Below, one piece after another: positions 9,784 to 22,800 of a stretch of DNA of 64,000 bases (the first letter of the stretch is position 1; the number at the start of each line of letters is the position of its first letter). Under the pieces are notes generated by a model. It had not been told where the DNA came from, made no database searches, and saw only the letters and a list, made by a program, of their open reading frames with translations. A program made the position numbers and the translations under genes. This DNA comes from Balanoglossus misakiensis. Lineage: Eukaryota > Animalia > Hemichordata. The stretch is taken from assembly GCA_040954595.2 (NCBI GenBank), contig CM082593.2, positions 1,126,901-1,190,900 of the forward strand, read 5' to 3'.

Positions 9784-10863
9784 AAACACTGAGGTGAGTC
9801 TTCAATTCGCGTTGTCACCTTCAAGTAGTAGGCCTACGTGCCTCAGAGTAAGATAATCCTGAAATTTGAGACATTTTCACTGTTTCATCTGTGAGCCCAA
9901 GTTTTATTTTCAATTTTAGGATAGTTTGAAAAAAATATGAGAGAAAGATTTAGACTGATTTTTGAGGCGCATATGTGTGGACGAGAGCTGTGATTTTAGT
10001 AGTAATAATTATATCTTTGTAGAACTAAGGAATATGGATATTGCTTTTATTTCTGTTATTTCAATTACAGGGTTTTCTCCACCGGAAACGAAATCACTGG
10101 TTACAGGAGAATTAACTGCAAGAAGGCCTATTTATGAATTCTCAACCCTGTTTTCAAAATACAAGACTATAGATCTTTGCATGAGTAGATTCTTTTAGGA
10201 AAACCTTAGTTATCATAGTTGTAGCTGGGATAGAATAGGTTTGTCAATGCGATGTAATTTATTTCAATACTAGTAAACCAAAACTTAGCAAGCAATCCAA
10301 CGTGTTCACGTTTTCTTTTATTCTCGGTGTTGCGGAGCGTGTCGTCTTAATTCATGTCCTGTTGTACTATTTTCACAAATGAAGGCGTTTTCCGTCGTCA
10401 TAAAACTACATGTATAATACCATTCCCGTCGATACAAACAAATTTACATAATGAAAATTGTAAAACATCGACCTCGCGGATTTTGGTGTTTTTGTCATTT
10501 CTGCACATTTTTCATGGGTTATAGCTCACGAAAATCATCCAAAAATGACAATTTTTCGACTTGGCGGATTTTCAAAATTTGGTGATTTTTGGATAAAAAC
10601 CATGGGTTATAGCTCATGAAAATCATCCAGAAATGTAAATTTTTCGACTTGGCGGATTTTCAAAATTTGGTGATTTTTTGATAAAAACCATGGGTTATAG
10701 CTCGTGAAAATCATCCAGAAATGTCAATTTTTCGACTTGGCGGATTTACAAAATTTGGTGATTTTTTGATAAAAACCATGGGTTATAGCTCATGAAAATC
10801 ATCCAGAAATGTCAATTTTTCGACTTTGCGGAATTTCAAAATTTGGTGGTTTTTGGATAAAAA

Positions 10864-13800
10864 CCATGGGTTATAGCTCAGGAAAATCATCAAAAAATGA
10901 GAATTTTTCGACTTTGCGGAATTTGAAAATTTGGCCGATTTTTGAAAAAACCATGGGTTATAGCTCAGGAAAATCATCAAAAAATGAGAATTTTTCGACT
11001 TTGCGGAATTTGAAAATTTGGCCGATTTTTGAAAAAACCATGGGTTATAGCTCAGGAAAATCATCAAAAAATGAGAATTTTTCGACTTTGCGGAATTTGA
11101 AAATTTGGCCGATTTTTGAAAAAAACCATGGGTTATAGCTCAGGAAAATCATCAAAAATGAGAATTTTTCGACTTTGCGGAATTTGAAAATTTGGCCGAT
11201 TTTTGAAAAAAACCATGGGTTATAGCTCAGGAAAATCATCAAAAAATGAGAATTTTTCGACTTTGCGGAATTTGAAAATTTGGCCGATTTTTGAAAAAAC
11301 CATGGGTTATAGCTCAGGAAAATCATCAAAAAATGAGAATTTTTCGACTTTGCGGAATTTGAAAATTTGGCCGATTTTTGAAAAAACCATGGGTTATAGC
11401 TCAGGAAAATCATCAAAAAATGAGAATTTTTCGACTTTGCGGAATTTGAAAATTTGGCCGATTTTTGAAAAAACCATGGGTTATAGCTCAGGAAAATCAT
11501 CAAAAAATGAGAATTTTTCGACTTTGCGGAATTTGAAAATTTGGCCGATTTTTGAAAAAACCATGGGTTATAGCTCAGGAAAATCATCAAAAAATGAGAA
11601 TTTTTCGACTTTGTGGAATTGGAAAATTTGGCCGATTTTTGAAAAAAACCATGGGTTATAGCTCAGGAAAATCATCAAAAAATGAGAATTTTTCGACTTT
11701 GCGGAATTTGAAAATTTGGCCGATTTTTGAAAAAACCATGGGTTATAGCTCAGGAAAATCATCAAAAAATGAGAATTTTTCGACTTTGCGGAAATTGAAA
11801 ATTTGGCCGATTTTTGAAAAAACCATGGGTTATAGCTCAGGAAAATCATCAAAAAATGAGAATTTTTCGACTTTGCGGAATTTGAAAATTTGGCCGATTT
11901 TTGAAAAAAACCATGGGTTATAGCTCAGGAAAATCATCAAAAATGAGAATTTTTCGACTTTGCGGAATTTGAAAATTTGGCCGATTTTTGAAAAAAACCA
12001 TGGGTTATAGCTCAGGAAAATCATCAAAAAATGAGAATTTTTCGACTTTGCGGAATTTCAAAATTTGGCCGATTTTTGAAAAAAACTATGGGTTATAGCT
12101 CAGGAAAATCATCAAAAAATGAGAATTTTTCGACTTTGTGGAATTTGAAAATTTGGCCGATTTTTGAAAAAACCATGGGTTATAGCTCAGGAAAATCATC
12201 AAAAAATGAGAATTTTTCGACTTTGCGGAATTTGAAAATTTGGCCGATTTTTGAAAAAACCATGGGTTATAGCTCAGGAAAATCATCAAAAAATGAGAAT
12301 TTTTCGACTTTGCGGAATTTCAAAATTTGGCCGATTTTTGAAAAAACCATGGGTTATAGCTCAGGAAAATCATCAAAAAATGAGAATTTTTCGACTTTGC
12401 GGAATTTCAAAATTTGGCCGATTTTTGAAAAAACCATGGGTTATAGCTCAGGAAAATCATCAAAAAATGAGAATTTTTCGACTTTGCGGAATTTGAAAAT
12501 TTGGCCGATTTTTGAAAAAACCATGGGTTATAGCTCAGGAAAATCATCAAAAAATGAGAATTTTTCGACTTTGCGGAATTTCAAAATTTGGCCGATTTTT
12601 GAAAAAACCATGGGTTATAGCTGAGGAAAATCATCAAAAAATGAGAATTTTTCGACTTTGCGGAATTTGAAAATTTGGCCGATTTTTGAAAAAACCATGG
12701 GTTATAGCTCAGGAAAATCATCAAAAAATGAGAATTTTTCGACTTTGCGGAATTTGAAAATTTGGCCGATTTTTGAAAAAACCATGGGTTATAGCTCAGG
12801 AAAATCATCAAAAAATGAGAATTTTTCGACTTTGCGGAATTTGAAAATTTGGCCGATTTTTGAAAAAAACCATGGGTTATAGCTCAGGAAAATCATCAAA
12901 AATGAGAATTTTTCGACTTTGCGGAATTTGAAAATTTGGCCGATTTTTGAAAAAAACCATGGGTTATAGCTCAGGAAAATCATCAAAAAATGAGAATTTT
13001 TCGACTTTGCGGAATTTGAAAATTTGGCCGATTTTTGAAAAAACCATGGGTTATAGCTCAGGAAAATCATCAAAAAATGAGAATTTTTCGACTTTGCGGA
13101 ATTTGAAAATTTGGCCGATTTTTGAAAAAACCATGGGTTATAGCTCAGGAAAATCATCAAAAAATGAGAATTTTTCGACTTTGCGGAATTTGAAAATTTG
13201 GCCGATTTTTGAAAAAACCATGGGTTATAGCTCAGGAAAATCATCAAAAAATGAGAATTTTTCGACTTTGCGGAATTTGAAAATTTGGCCGATTTTTGAA
13301 AAAACCATGGGTTATAGCTCAGGAAAATCATCAAAAAATGAGAATTTTTCGACTTTGTGGAATTGGAAAATTTGGCCGATTTTTGAAAAAAAACCATGGG
13401 TTATAGCTCAGGAAAATCATCAAAAAATGAGAATTTTTCGACTTTGCGGAATTTGAAAATTTGGCCGATTTTTGAAAAAACCATGGGTTATAGCTCAGGA
13501 AAATCATCAAAAAATGAGAATTTTTCGACTTTGCGGAATTTGAAAATTTGGCCGATTTTTGAAAAAACCATGGGTTATAGCTCAGGAAAATCATCAAAAA
13601 ATGAGAATTTTTCGACTTTGCGGAATTTGAAAATTTGGCCGATTTTTGAAAAAACCATGGGTTATAGCTCAGGAAAATCATCAAAAAATGAGAATTTTTC
13701 GACTTTGCGGAATTTGAAAATTTGGCCGATTTTTGAAAAAACCATGGGTTATAGCTCAGGAAAATCATCAAAAAATGAGAATTTTTCGACTTTGCGGAAT

Positions 13801-16800
13801 TTGAAAATTTGGCCGATTTTTGAAAAAACCATGGGTTATAGCTCAGGAAAATCATCAAAAAATGAGAATTTTTCGACTTTGCGGAATTTGAAAATTTGGC
13901 CGATTTTTGAAAAAACCATGGGTTATAGCTCAGGAAAATCATCAAAAAATGAGAATTTTTCGACTTTGTGGAATTGGAAAATTTGGCCGATTTTTGAAAA
14001 AAACCATGGGTTATAGCTCAGGAAAATCATCAAAAAATGAGAATTTTTCGACTTTGCGGAATTTGAAAATTTGGCCGATTTTTGAAAAAACCATGGGTTA
14101 TAGCTCAGGAAAATCATCAAAAAATGAGAATTTTTCGACTTTGCGGAAATTGAAAATTTGGCCGATTTTTGAAAAAACCATGGGTTATAGCTCAGGAAAA
14201 TCATCAAAAAATGAGAATTTTTCGACTTTGCGGAATTTGAAAATTTGGCCGATTTTTGAAAAAAACCATGGGTTATAGCTCAGGAAAATCATCAAAAATG
14301 AGAATTTTTCGACTTTGCGGAATTTGAAAATTTGGCCGATTTTTGAAAAAAACCATGGGTTATAGCTCAGGAAAATCATCAAAAAATGAGAATTTTTCGA
14401 CTTTGCGGAATTTCAAAATTTGGCCGATTTTTGAAAAAAACTATGGGTTATAGCTCAGGAAAATCATCAAAAAATGAGAATTTTTCGACTTTGTGGAATT
14501 TGAAAATTTGGCCGATTTTTGAAAAAACCATGGGTTATAGCTCAGGAAAATCATCAAAAAATGAGAATTTTTCGACTTTGCGGAATTTGAAAATTTGGCC
14601 GATTTTTGAAAAAACCATGGGTTATAGCTCAGGAAAATCATCAAAAAATGAGAATTTTTCGACTTTGCGGAATTTCAAAATTTGGCCGATTTTTGAAAAA
14701 ACCATGGGTTATAGCTCAGGAAAATCATCAAAAAATGAGAATTTTTCGACTTTGCGGAATTTCAAAATTTGGCCGATTTTTGAAAAAACCATGGGTTATA
14801 GCTCAGGAAAATCATCAAAAAATGAGAATTTTTCGACTTTGCGGAATTTGAAAATTTGGCCGATTTTTGAAAAAACCATGGGTTATAGCTCAGGAAAATC
14901 ATCAAAAAATGAGAATTTTTCGACTTTGCGGAATTTCAAAATTTGGCCGATTTTTGAAAAAACCATGGGTTATAGCTGAGGAAAATCATCAAAAAATGAG
15001 AATTTTTCGACTTTGCGGAATTTGAAAATTTGGCCGATTTTTGAAAAAACCATGGGTTATAGCTCAGGAAAATCATCAAAAAATGAGAATTTTTCGACTT
15101 TGCGGAATTTGAAAATTTGGCCGATTTTTGAAAAAACCATGGGTTATAGCTCAGGAAAATCATCAAAAAATGAGAATTTTTCGACTTTGCGGAATTTGAA
15201 AATTTGGCCGATTTTTGAAAAAAACCATGGGTTATAGCTCAGGAAAATCATCAAAAATGAGAATTTTTCGACTTTGCGGAATTTGAAAATTTGGCCGATT
15301 TTTGAAAAAAACCATGGGTTATAGCTCAGGAAAATCATCAAAAAATGAGAATTTTTCGACTTTGCGGAATTTGAAAATTTGGCCGATTTTTGAAAAAACC
15401 ATGGGTTATAGCTCAGGAAAATCATCAAAAAATGAGAATTTTTCGACTTTGCGGAATTTGAAAATTTGGCCGATTTTTGAAAAAACCATGGGTTATAGCT
15501 CAGGAAAATCATCAAAAAATGAGAATTTTTCGACTTTGCGGAATTTGAAAATTTGGCCGATTTTTGAAAAAACCATGGGTTATAGCTCAGGAAAATCATC
15601 AAAAAATGAGAATTTTTCGACTTTGCGGAATTTGAAAATTTGGCCGATTTTTGAAAAAACCATGGGTTATAGCTCAGGAAAATCATCAAAAAATGAGAAT
15701 TTTTCGACTTTGTGGAATTGGAAAATTTGGCCGATTTTTGAAAAAAACCATGGGTTATAGCTCAGGAAAATCATCAAAAAATGAGAATTTTTCGACTTTG
15801 CGGAATTTGAAAATTTGGCCGATTTTTGAAAAAACCATGGGTTATAGCTCAGGAAAATCATCAAAAAATGAGAATTTTTCGACTTTGCGGAATTTGAAAA
15901 TTTGGCCGATTTTTGAAAAAACCATGGGTTATAGCTCAGGAAAATCATCAAAAAATGAGAATTTTTCGACTTTGCGGAATTTGAAAATTTGGCCGATTTT
16001 TGAAAAAAACCATGGGTTATAGCTCAGGAAAATCATCAAAAATGAGAATTTTTCGACTTTGCGGAATTTGAAAATTTGGCCGATTTTTGAAAAAAACCAT
16101 GGGTTATAGCTCAGGAAAATCATCAAAAAATGAGAATTTTTCGACTTTGCGGAATTTCAAAATTTGGCCGATTTTTGCAAAAAACTATGGGTTATAGCTC
16201 AGGAAAATCATCAAAAAATGAGAATTTTTCGACTTTGTGGAATTTGAAAATTTGGCCGATTTTTGAAAAAACCATGGGTTATAGCTCAGGAAAATCATCA
16301 AAAAATGAGAATTTTTCGACTTTGCGGAATTTGAAAATTTGGCCGATTTTTGAAAAAACCATGGGTTATAGCTCAGGAAAATCATCAAAAAATGAGAATT
16401 TTTCGACTTTGCGGAATTTCAAAATTTGGCCGATTTTTGAAAAAACCATGGGTTATAGCTCAGGAAAATCATCAAAAAATGAGAATTTTTCGACTTTGCG
16501 GAATTTGAAAATTTGGCCGATTTTTGAAAAAACCATGGGTTATAGCTCAGGAAAATCATCAAAAAATGAGAATTTTTCGACTTTGCGGAATTTGAAAATT
16601 TGGCCGATTTTTGAAAAAACCATGGGTTATAGCTCAGGAAAATCATCAAAAAATGAGAATTTTTCGACTTTGTGGAATTGGAAAATTTGGCCGATTTTTG
16701 AAAAAAACCATGGGTTATAGCTCAGGAAAATCATCAAAAAATGAGAATTTTTCGACTTTGCGGAATTTGAAAATTTGGCCGATTTTTGAAAAAACCATGG

Positions 16801-19800
16801 GTTATAGCTCAGGAAAATCATCAAAAAATGAGAATTTTTCGACTTTGCGGAATTTGAAAATTTGGCCGATTTTTGAAAAAACCATGGGTTATAGCTCAGG
16901 AAAATCATCAAAAAATGAGAATTTTTCGACTTTGCGGAATTTGAAAATTTGGCCGATTTTTGAAAAAAACCATGGGTTATAGCTCAGGAAAATCATCAAA
17001 AATGAGAATTTTTCGACTTTGCGGAATTTGAAAATTTGGCCGATTTTTGAAAAAAACCATGGGTTATAGCTCAGGAAAATCATCAAAAAATGAGAATTTT
17101 TCGACTTTGCGGAATTTCAAAATTTGGCCGATTTTTGAAAAAAACTATGGGTTATAGCTCAGGAAAATCATCAAAAAATGAGAATTTTTCGACTTTGTGG
17201 AATTTGAAAATTTGGCCGATTTTTGAAAAAACCATGGGTTATAGCTCAGGAAAATCATCAAAAAATGAGAATTTTTCGACTTTGCGGAATTTGAAAATTT
17301 GGCCGATTTTTGAAAAAACCATGGGTTATAGCTCAGGAAAATCATCAAAAAATGAGAATTTTTCGACTTTGCGGAATTTCAAAATTTGGCCGATTTTTGA
17401 AAAAACCATGGGTTATAGCTCAGGAAAATCATCAAAAAATGAGAATTTTTCGACTTTGCGGAATTTGAAAATTTGGCCGATTTTTGAAAAAACCATGGGT
17501 TATAGCTCAGGAAAATCATCAAAAAATGAGAATTTTTCGACTTTGCGGAATTTCAAAATTTGGCCGATTTTTGAAAAAACCATGGGTTATAGCTGAGGAA
17601 AATCATCAAAAAATGAGAATTTTTCGACTTTGCGGAATTTGAAAATTTGGCCGATTTTTGAAAAAACCATGGGTTATAGCTCAGGAAAATCATCAAAAAA
17701 TGAGAATTTTTCGACTTTGCGGAATTTGAAAATTTGGCCGATTTTTGAAAAAACCATGGGTTATAGCTCAGGAAAATCATCAAAAAATGAGAATTTTTCG
17801 ACTTTGCGGAATTTGAAAATTTGGCCGATTTTTGAAAAAAACCATGGGTTATAGCTCAGGAAAATCATCAAAAATGAGAATTTTTCGACTTTGCGGAATT
17901 TGAAAATTTGGCCGATTTTTGAAAAAAACCATGGGTTATAGCTCAGGAAAATCATCAAAAAATGAGAATTTTTCGACTTTGCGGAATTTGAAAATTTGGC
18001 CGATTTTTGAAAAAACCATGGGTTATAGCTCAGGAAAATCATCAAAAAATGAGAATTTTTCGACTTTGCGGAATTTGAAAATTTGGCCGATTTTTGAAAA
18101 AACCATGGGTTATAGCTCAGGAAAATCATCAAAAAATGAGAATTTTTCGACTTTGCGGAATTTGAAAATTTGGCCGATTTTTGAAAAAACCATGGGTTAT
18201 AGCTCAGGAAAATCATCAAAAAATGAGAATTTTTCGACTTTGCGGAATTTGAAAATTTGGCCGATTTTTGAAAAAACCATGGGTTATAGCTCAGGAAAAT
18301 CATCAAAAAATGAGAATTTTTCGACTTTGTGGAATTGGAAAATTTGGCCGATTTTTGAAAAAAACCATGGGTTATAGCTCAGGAAAATCATCAAAAAATG
18401 AGAATTTTTCGACTTTGCGGAATTTGAAAATTTGGCCGATTTTTGAAAAAACCATGGGTTATAGCTCAGGAAAATCATCAAAAAATGAGAATTTTTCGAC
18501 TTTGCGGAATTTGAAAATTTGGCCGATTTTTGAAAAAACCATGGGTTATAGCTCAGGAAAATCATCAAAAAATGAGAATTTTTCGACTTTGCGGAATTTG
18601 AAAATTTGGCCGATTTTTGAAAAAAACCATGGGTTATAGCTCAGGAAAATCATCAAAAATGAGAATTTTTCGACTTTGCGGAATTTGAAAATTTGGCCGA
18701 TTTTTGAAAAAAACCATGGGTTATAGCTCAGGAAAATCATCAAAAAATGAGAATTTTTCGACTTTGCGGAATTTCAAAATTTGGCCGATTTTTGAAAAAA
18801 ACTATGGGTTATAGCTCAGGAAAATCATCAAAAAATGAGAATTTTTCGACTTTGTGGAATTTGAAAATTTGGCCGATTTTTGAAAAAACCATGGGTTATA
18901 GCTCAGGAAAATCATCAAAAAATGAGAATTTTTCGACTTTGCGGAATTTGAAAATTTGGCCGATTTTTGAAAAAACCATGGGTTATAGCTCAGGAAAATC
19001 ATCAAAAAATGAGAATTTTTCGACTTTGCGGAATTTCAAAATTTGGCCGATTTTTGAAAAAACCATGGGTTATAGCTCAGGAAAATCATCAAAAAATGAG
19101 AATTTTTCGACTTTGCGGAATTTGAAAATTTGGCCGATTTTTGAAAAAACCATGGGTTATAGCTCAGGAAAATCATCAAAAAATGAGAATTTTTCGACTT
19201 TGCGGAATTTGAAAATTTGGCCGATTTTTGAAAAAACCATGGGTTATAGCTCAGGAAAATCATCAAAAAATGAGAATTTTTCGACTTTGTGGAATTGGAA
19301 AATTTGGCCGATTTTTGAAAAAAACCATGGGTTATAGCTCAGGAAAATCATCAAAAAATGAGAATTTTTCGACTTTGCGGAATTTGAAAATTTGGCCGAT
19401 TTTTGAAAAAACCATGGGTTATAGCTCAGGAAAATCATCAAAAAATGAGAATTTTTCGACTTTGCGGAATTTGAAAATTTGGCCGATTTTTGAAAAAACC
19501 ATGGGTTATAGCTCAGGAAAATCATCAAAAAATGAGAATTTTTCGACTTTGCGGAATTTGAAAATTTGGCCGATTTTTGAAAAAAACCATGGGTTATAGC
19601 TCAGGAAAATCATCAAAAATGAGAATTTTTCGACTTTGCGGAATTTGAAAATTTGGCCGATTTTTGAAAAAAACCATGGGTTATAGCTCAGGAAAATCAT
19701 CAAAAAATGAGAATTTTTCGACTTTGCGGAATTTCAAAATTTGGCCGATTTTTGAAAAAAACTATGGGTTATAGCTCAGGAAAATCATCAAAAAATGAGA

Positions 19801-22800
19801 ATTTTTCGACTTTGTGGAATTTGAAAATTTGGCCGATTTTTGAAAAAACCATGGGTTATAGCTCAGGAAAATCATCAAAAAATGAGAATTTTTCGACTTT
19901 GCGGAATTTGAAAATTTGGCCGATTTTTGAAAAAACCATGGGTTATAGCTCAGGAAAATCATCAAAAAATGAGAATTTTTCGACTTTGCGGAATTTCAAA
20001 ATTTGGCCGATTTTTGAAAAAACCATGGGTTATAGCTCAGGAAAATCATCAAAAAATGAGAATTTTTCGACTTTGCGGAATTTGAAAATTTGGCCGATTT
20101 TTGAAAAAACCATGGGTTATAGCTCAGGAAAATCATCAAAAAATGAGAATTTTTCGACTTTGCGGAATTTGAAAATTTGGCCGATTTTTGAAAAAACCAT
20201 GGGTTATAGCTCAGGAAAATCATCAAAAAATGAGAATTTTTCGACTTTGCGGAATTTCAAAATTTGGCCGATTTTTGAAAAAACCATGGGTTATAGCTGA
20301 GGAAAATCATCAAAAAATGAGAATTTTTCGACTTTGCGGAATTTGAAAATTTGGCCGATTTTTGAAAAAACCATGGGTTATAGCTCAGGAAAATCATCAA
20401 AAAATGAGAATTTTTCGACTTTGCGGAATTTGAAAATTTGGCCGATTTTTGAAAAAACCATGGGTTATAGCTCAGGAAAATCATCAAAAAATGAGAATTT
20501 TTCGACTTTGCGGAATTTGAAAATTTGGCCGATTTTTGAAAAAACCATGGGTTATAGCTCAGGAAAATCATCAAAAAATGAGAATTTTTCGACTTTGCGG
20601 AATTTGAAAATTTGGCCGATTTTTGAAAAAAACCATGGGTTATAGCTCAGGAAAAACATCAAAAAATGAGAATTTTTCGACTTTGCGGAATAGAAAATTT
20701 GGCCGATTTTTGAAAAAACCATGGGTTATAGCTCAGGAAAATCATCAAAAAATGAGAATTTTTCGACTTTGCGGAATTTGAAAATTTGGCCGATTTTTGA
20801 AAAAAACATGGGTTATAGCTCAGGAAAATCATCAAAAAATGAGAATTTTTCGACTTTGCGGAATTTGAAAATTTGGCCGATTTTTGAAAAAACCATGGGT
20901 TATAGCTCAGGAAAATCATCAAAAAATGAGAATTTTTCGACTTTGCGGAATTTGAAAATTTGGCCGATTTTTGAAAAAACCATGGGTTATAGCTCAGGAA
21001 AATCATCAAAAAATGAGAATTTTTCGACTTTGCGGAATTTCAAAATTTGGCCGATTTTTGAAAAAACCATGGGTTATAGCTCAGGAAAATCATCAAAAAA
21101 TGAGAATTTTTCGACTTTGCGGAATTTGAAAATTTGGCCGATTTTTGAAAAAACCATGGGTTATAGCTCAGGAAAATCATCAAAAAATGAGAATTTTTCG
21201 ACTTTGCGGAATTTGAAAATTTGGCCGATTTTTGAAAAAACCATGGGTTATAGCTCAGGAAAATCATCAAAAAATGAGAATTTTTCGACTTTGCGGAATT
21301 TGAAAATTTGGCCGATTTTTGAAAAAACCATGGGTTATAGCTCAGGAAAATCATCAAAAAATGAGAATTTTTCGACTTTGCGGAATTTGAAAATTTGGCC
21401 GATTTTTGAAAAAACCATGGGTTATAGCTCAGGAAAATCATCAAAAAATGAGAATTTTTCGACTTTGCGGAATTTGAAAATTTGGCCGATTTTTGAAAAA
21501 ACCATGGGTTATAGCTCAGGAAAATCATCAAAAAATGAGAATTTTTCGACTTTGCGGAATTTGAAAATTTGGCCGATTTTTGAAAAAAACCATGGGTTAT
21601 AGCTCAGGAAAATCATCAAAAAATGAGAATTTCTCGACTTTGCGGAATTTCAAAATTTGGCCGATTTTTGAAAAAACCATGGGTTATAGCTCAGGAAAAT
21701 CATCAAAAAATGAGAATTTTTCGACTTTGCGGAATTTCAAAATTTGGCCGATTTTTGAAAAAAACCATGGGTTATAGCTCAGGAAAATCATCAAAAATGA
21801 GAATTTTTCGACTTTGCGGAATTTGAAAATTTGGCCGATTTTTGAAAAAAACCATGGGTTATAGCTCAGGAAAATCATCAAAAAATGAGAATTTTTCGAC
21901 TTTGCGGAATTTGAAAATTTGGCCGATTTTTGAAAAAACCATGGGTTATAGCTCAGGAAAATCATCAAAAAATGAGAATTTTTCGACTTTGCGGAATTTG
22001 AAAATTTGGCCGATTTTTGAAAAAACCATGGGTTATAGCTCAGGAAAATCATCAAAAAATGAGAATTTTTCGACTTTGCGGAATTTGAAAATTTGGCCGA
22101 TTTTTGAAAAAACCATGGGTTATAGCTCAGGAAAATCATCAAAAAATGAGAATTTTTCGACTTTGCGGAATTTGAAAATTTGGCCGATTTTTGAAAAAAA
22201 CCATGGGTTATAGCTCAGGAAAATCATCAAAAATGAGAATTTTTCGACTTTGCGGAATTTGAAAATTTGGCCGATTTTTGAAAAAAACCATGGGTTATAG
22301 CTCAGGAAAATCATCAAAAAATGAGAATTTTTCGACTTTGTGGAATTTGAAAATTTGGCCGATTTTTGAAAAAAACCATGGGTTATAGCTCAGGAAAATC
22401 ATCAAAAAATGAGAATTTTTCGACTTTGCGGAATTTCAAAATTTGGCCGATTTTTAAAAAAACCATGGGTTATAGCTCAGGAAAATCATCAAAAAATGAG
22501 AATTTTTCGACTTTGCGGAATTTGAAAATTTGGCCGATTTTTGAAAAAACCATGGGTTATAGCTCAGGAAAATCATCAAAAAATGAGAATTTTTCGACTT
22601 TGCGGAATTTGAAAATTTGGCCGATTTTTGAAAAAAACCAAGGGTTATAGCTCAGGAAAATCATCAAAAATGAGAATTTTTCGACTTTGCGGAATTTGAA
22701 AATTTGGCCGATTTTTGAAAAAAACCATGGGTTATAGCTCAGGAAAATCATCAAAAAATGAGAATTTTTCGACTTTGCGGAATTTGAAAATTTGGCCGAT

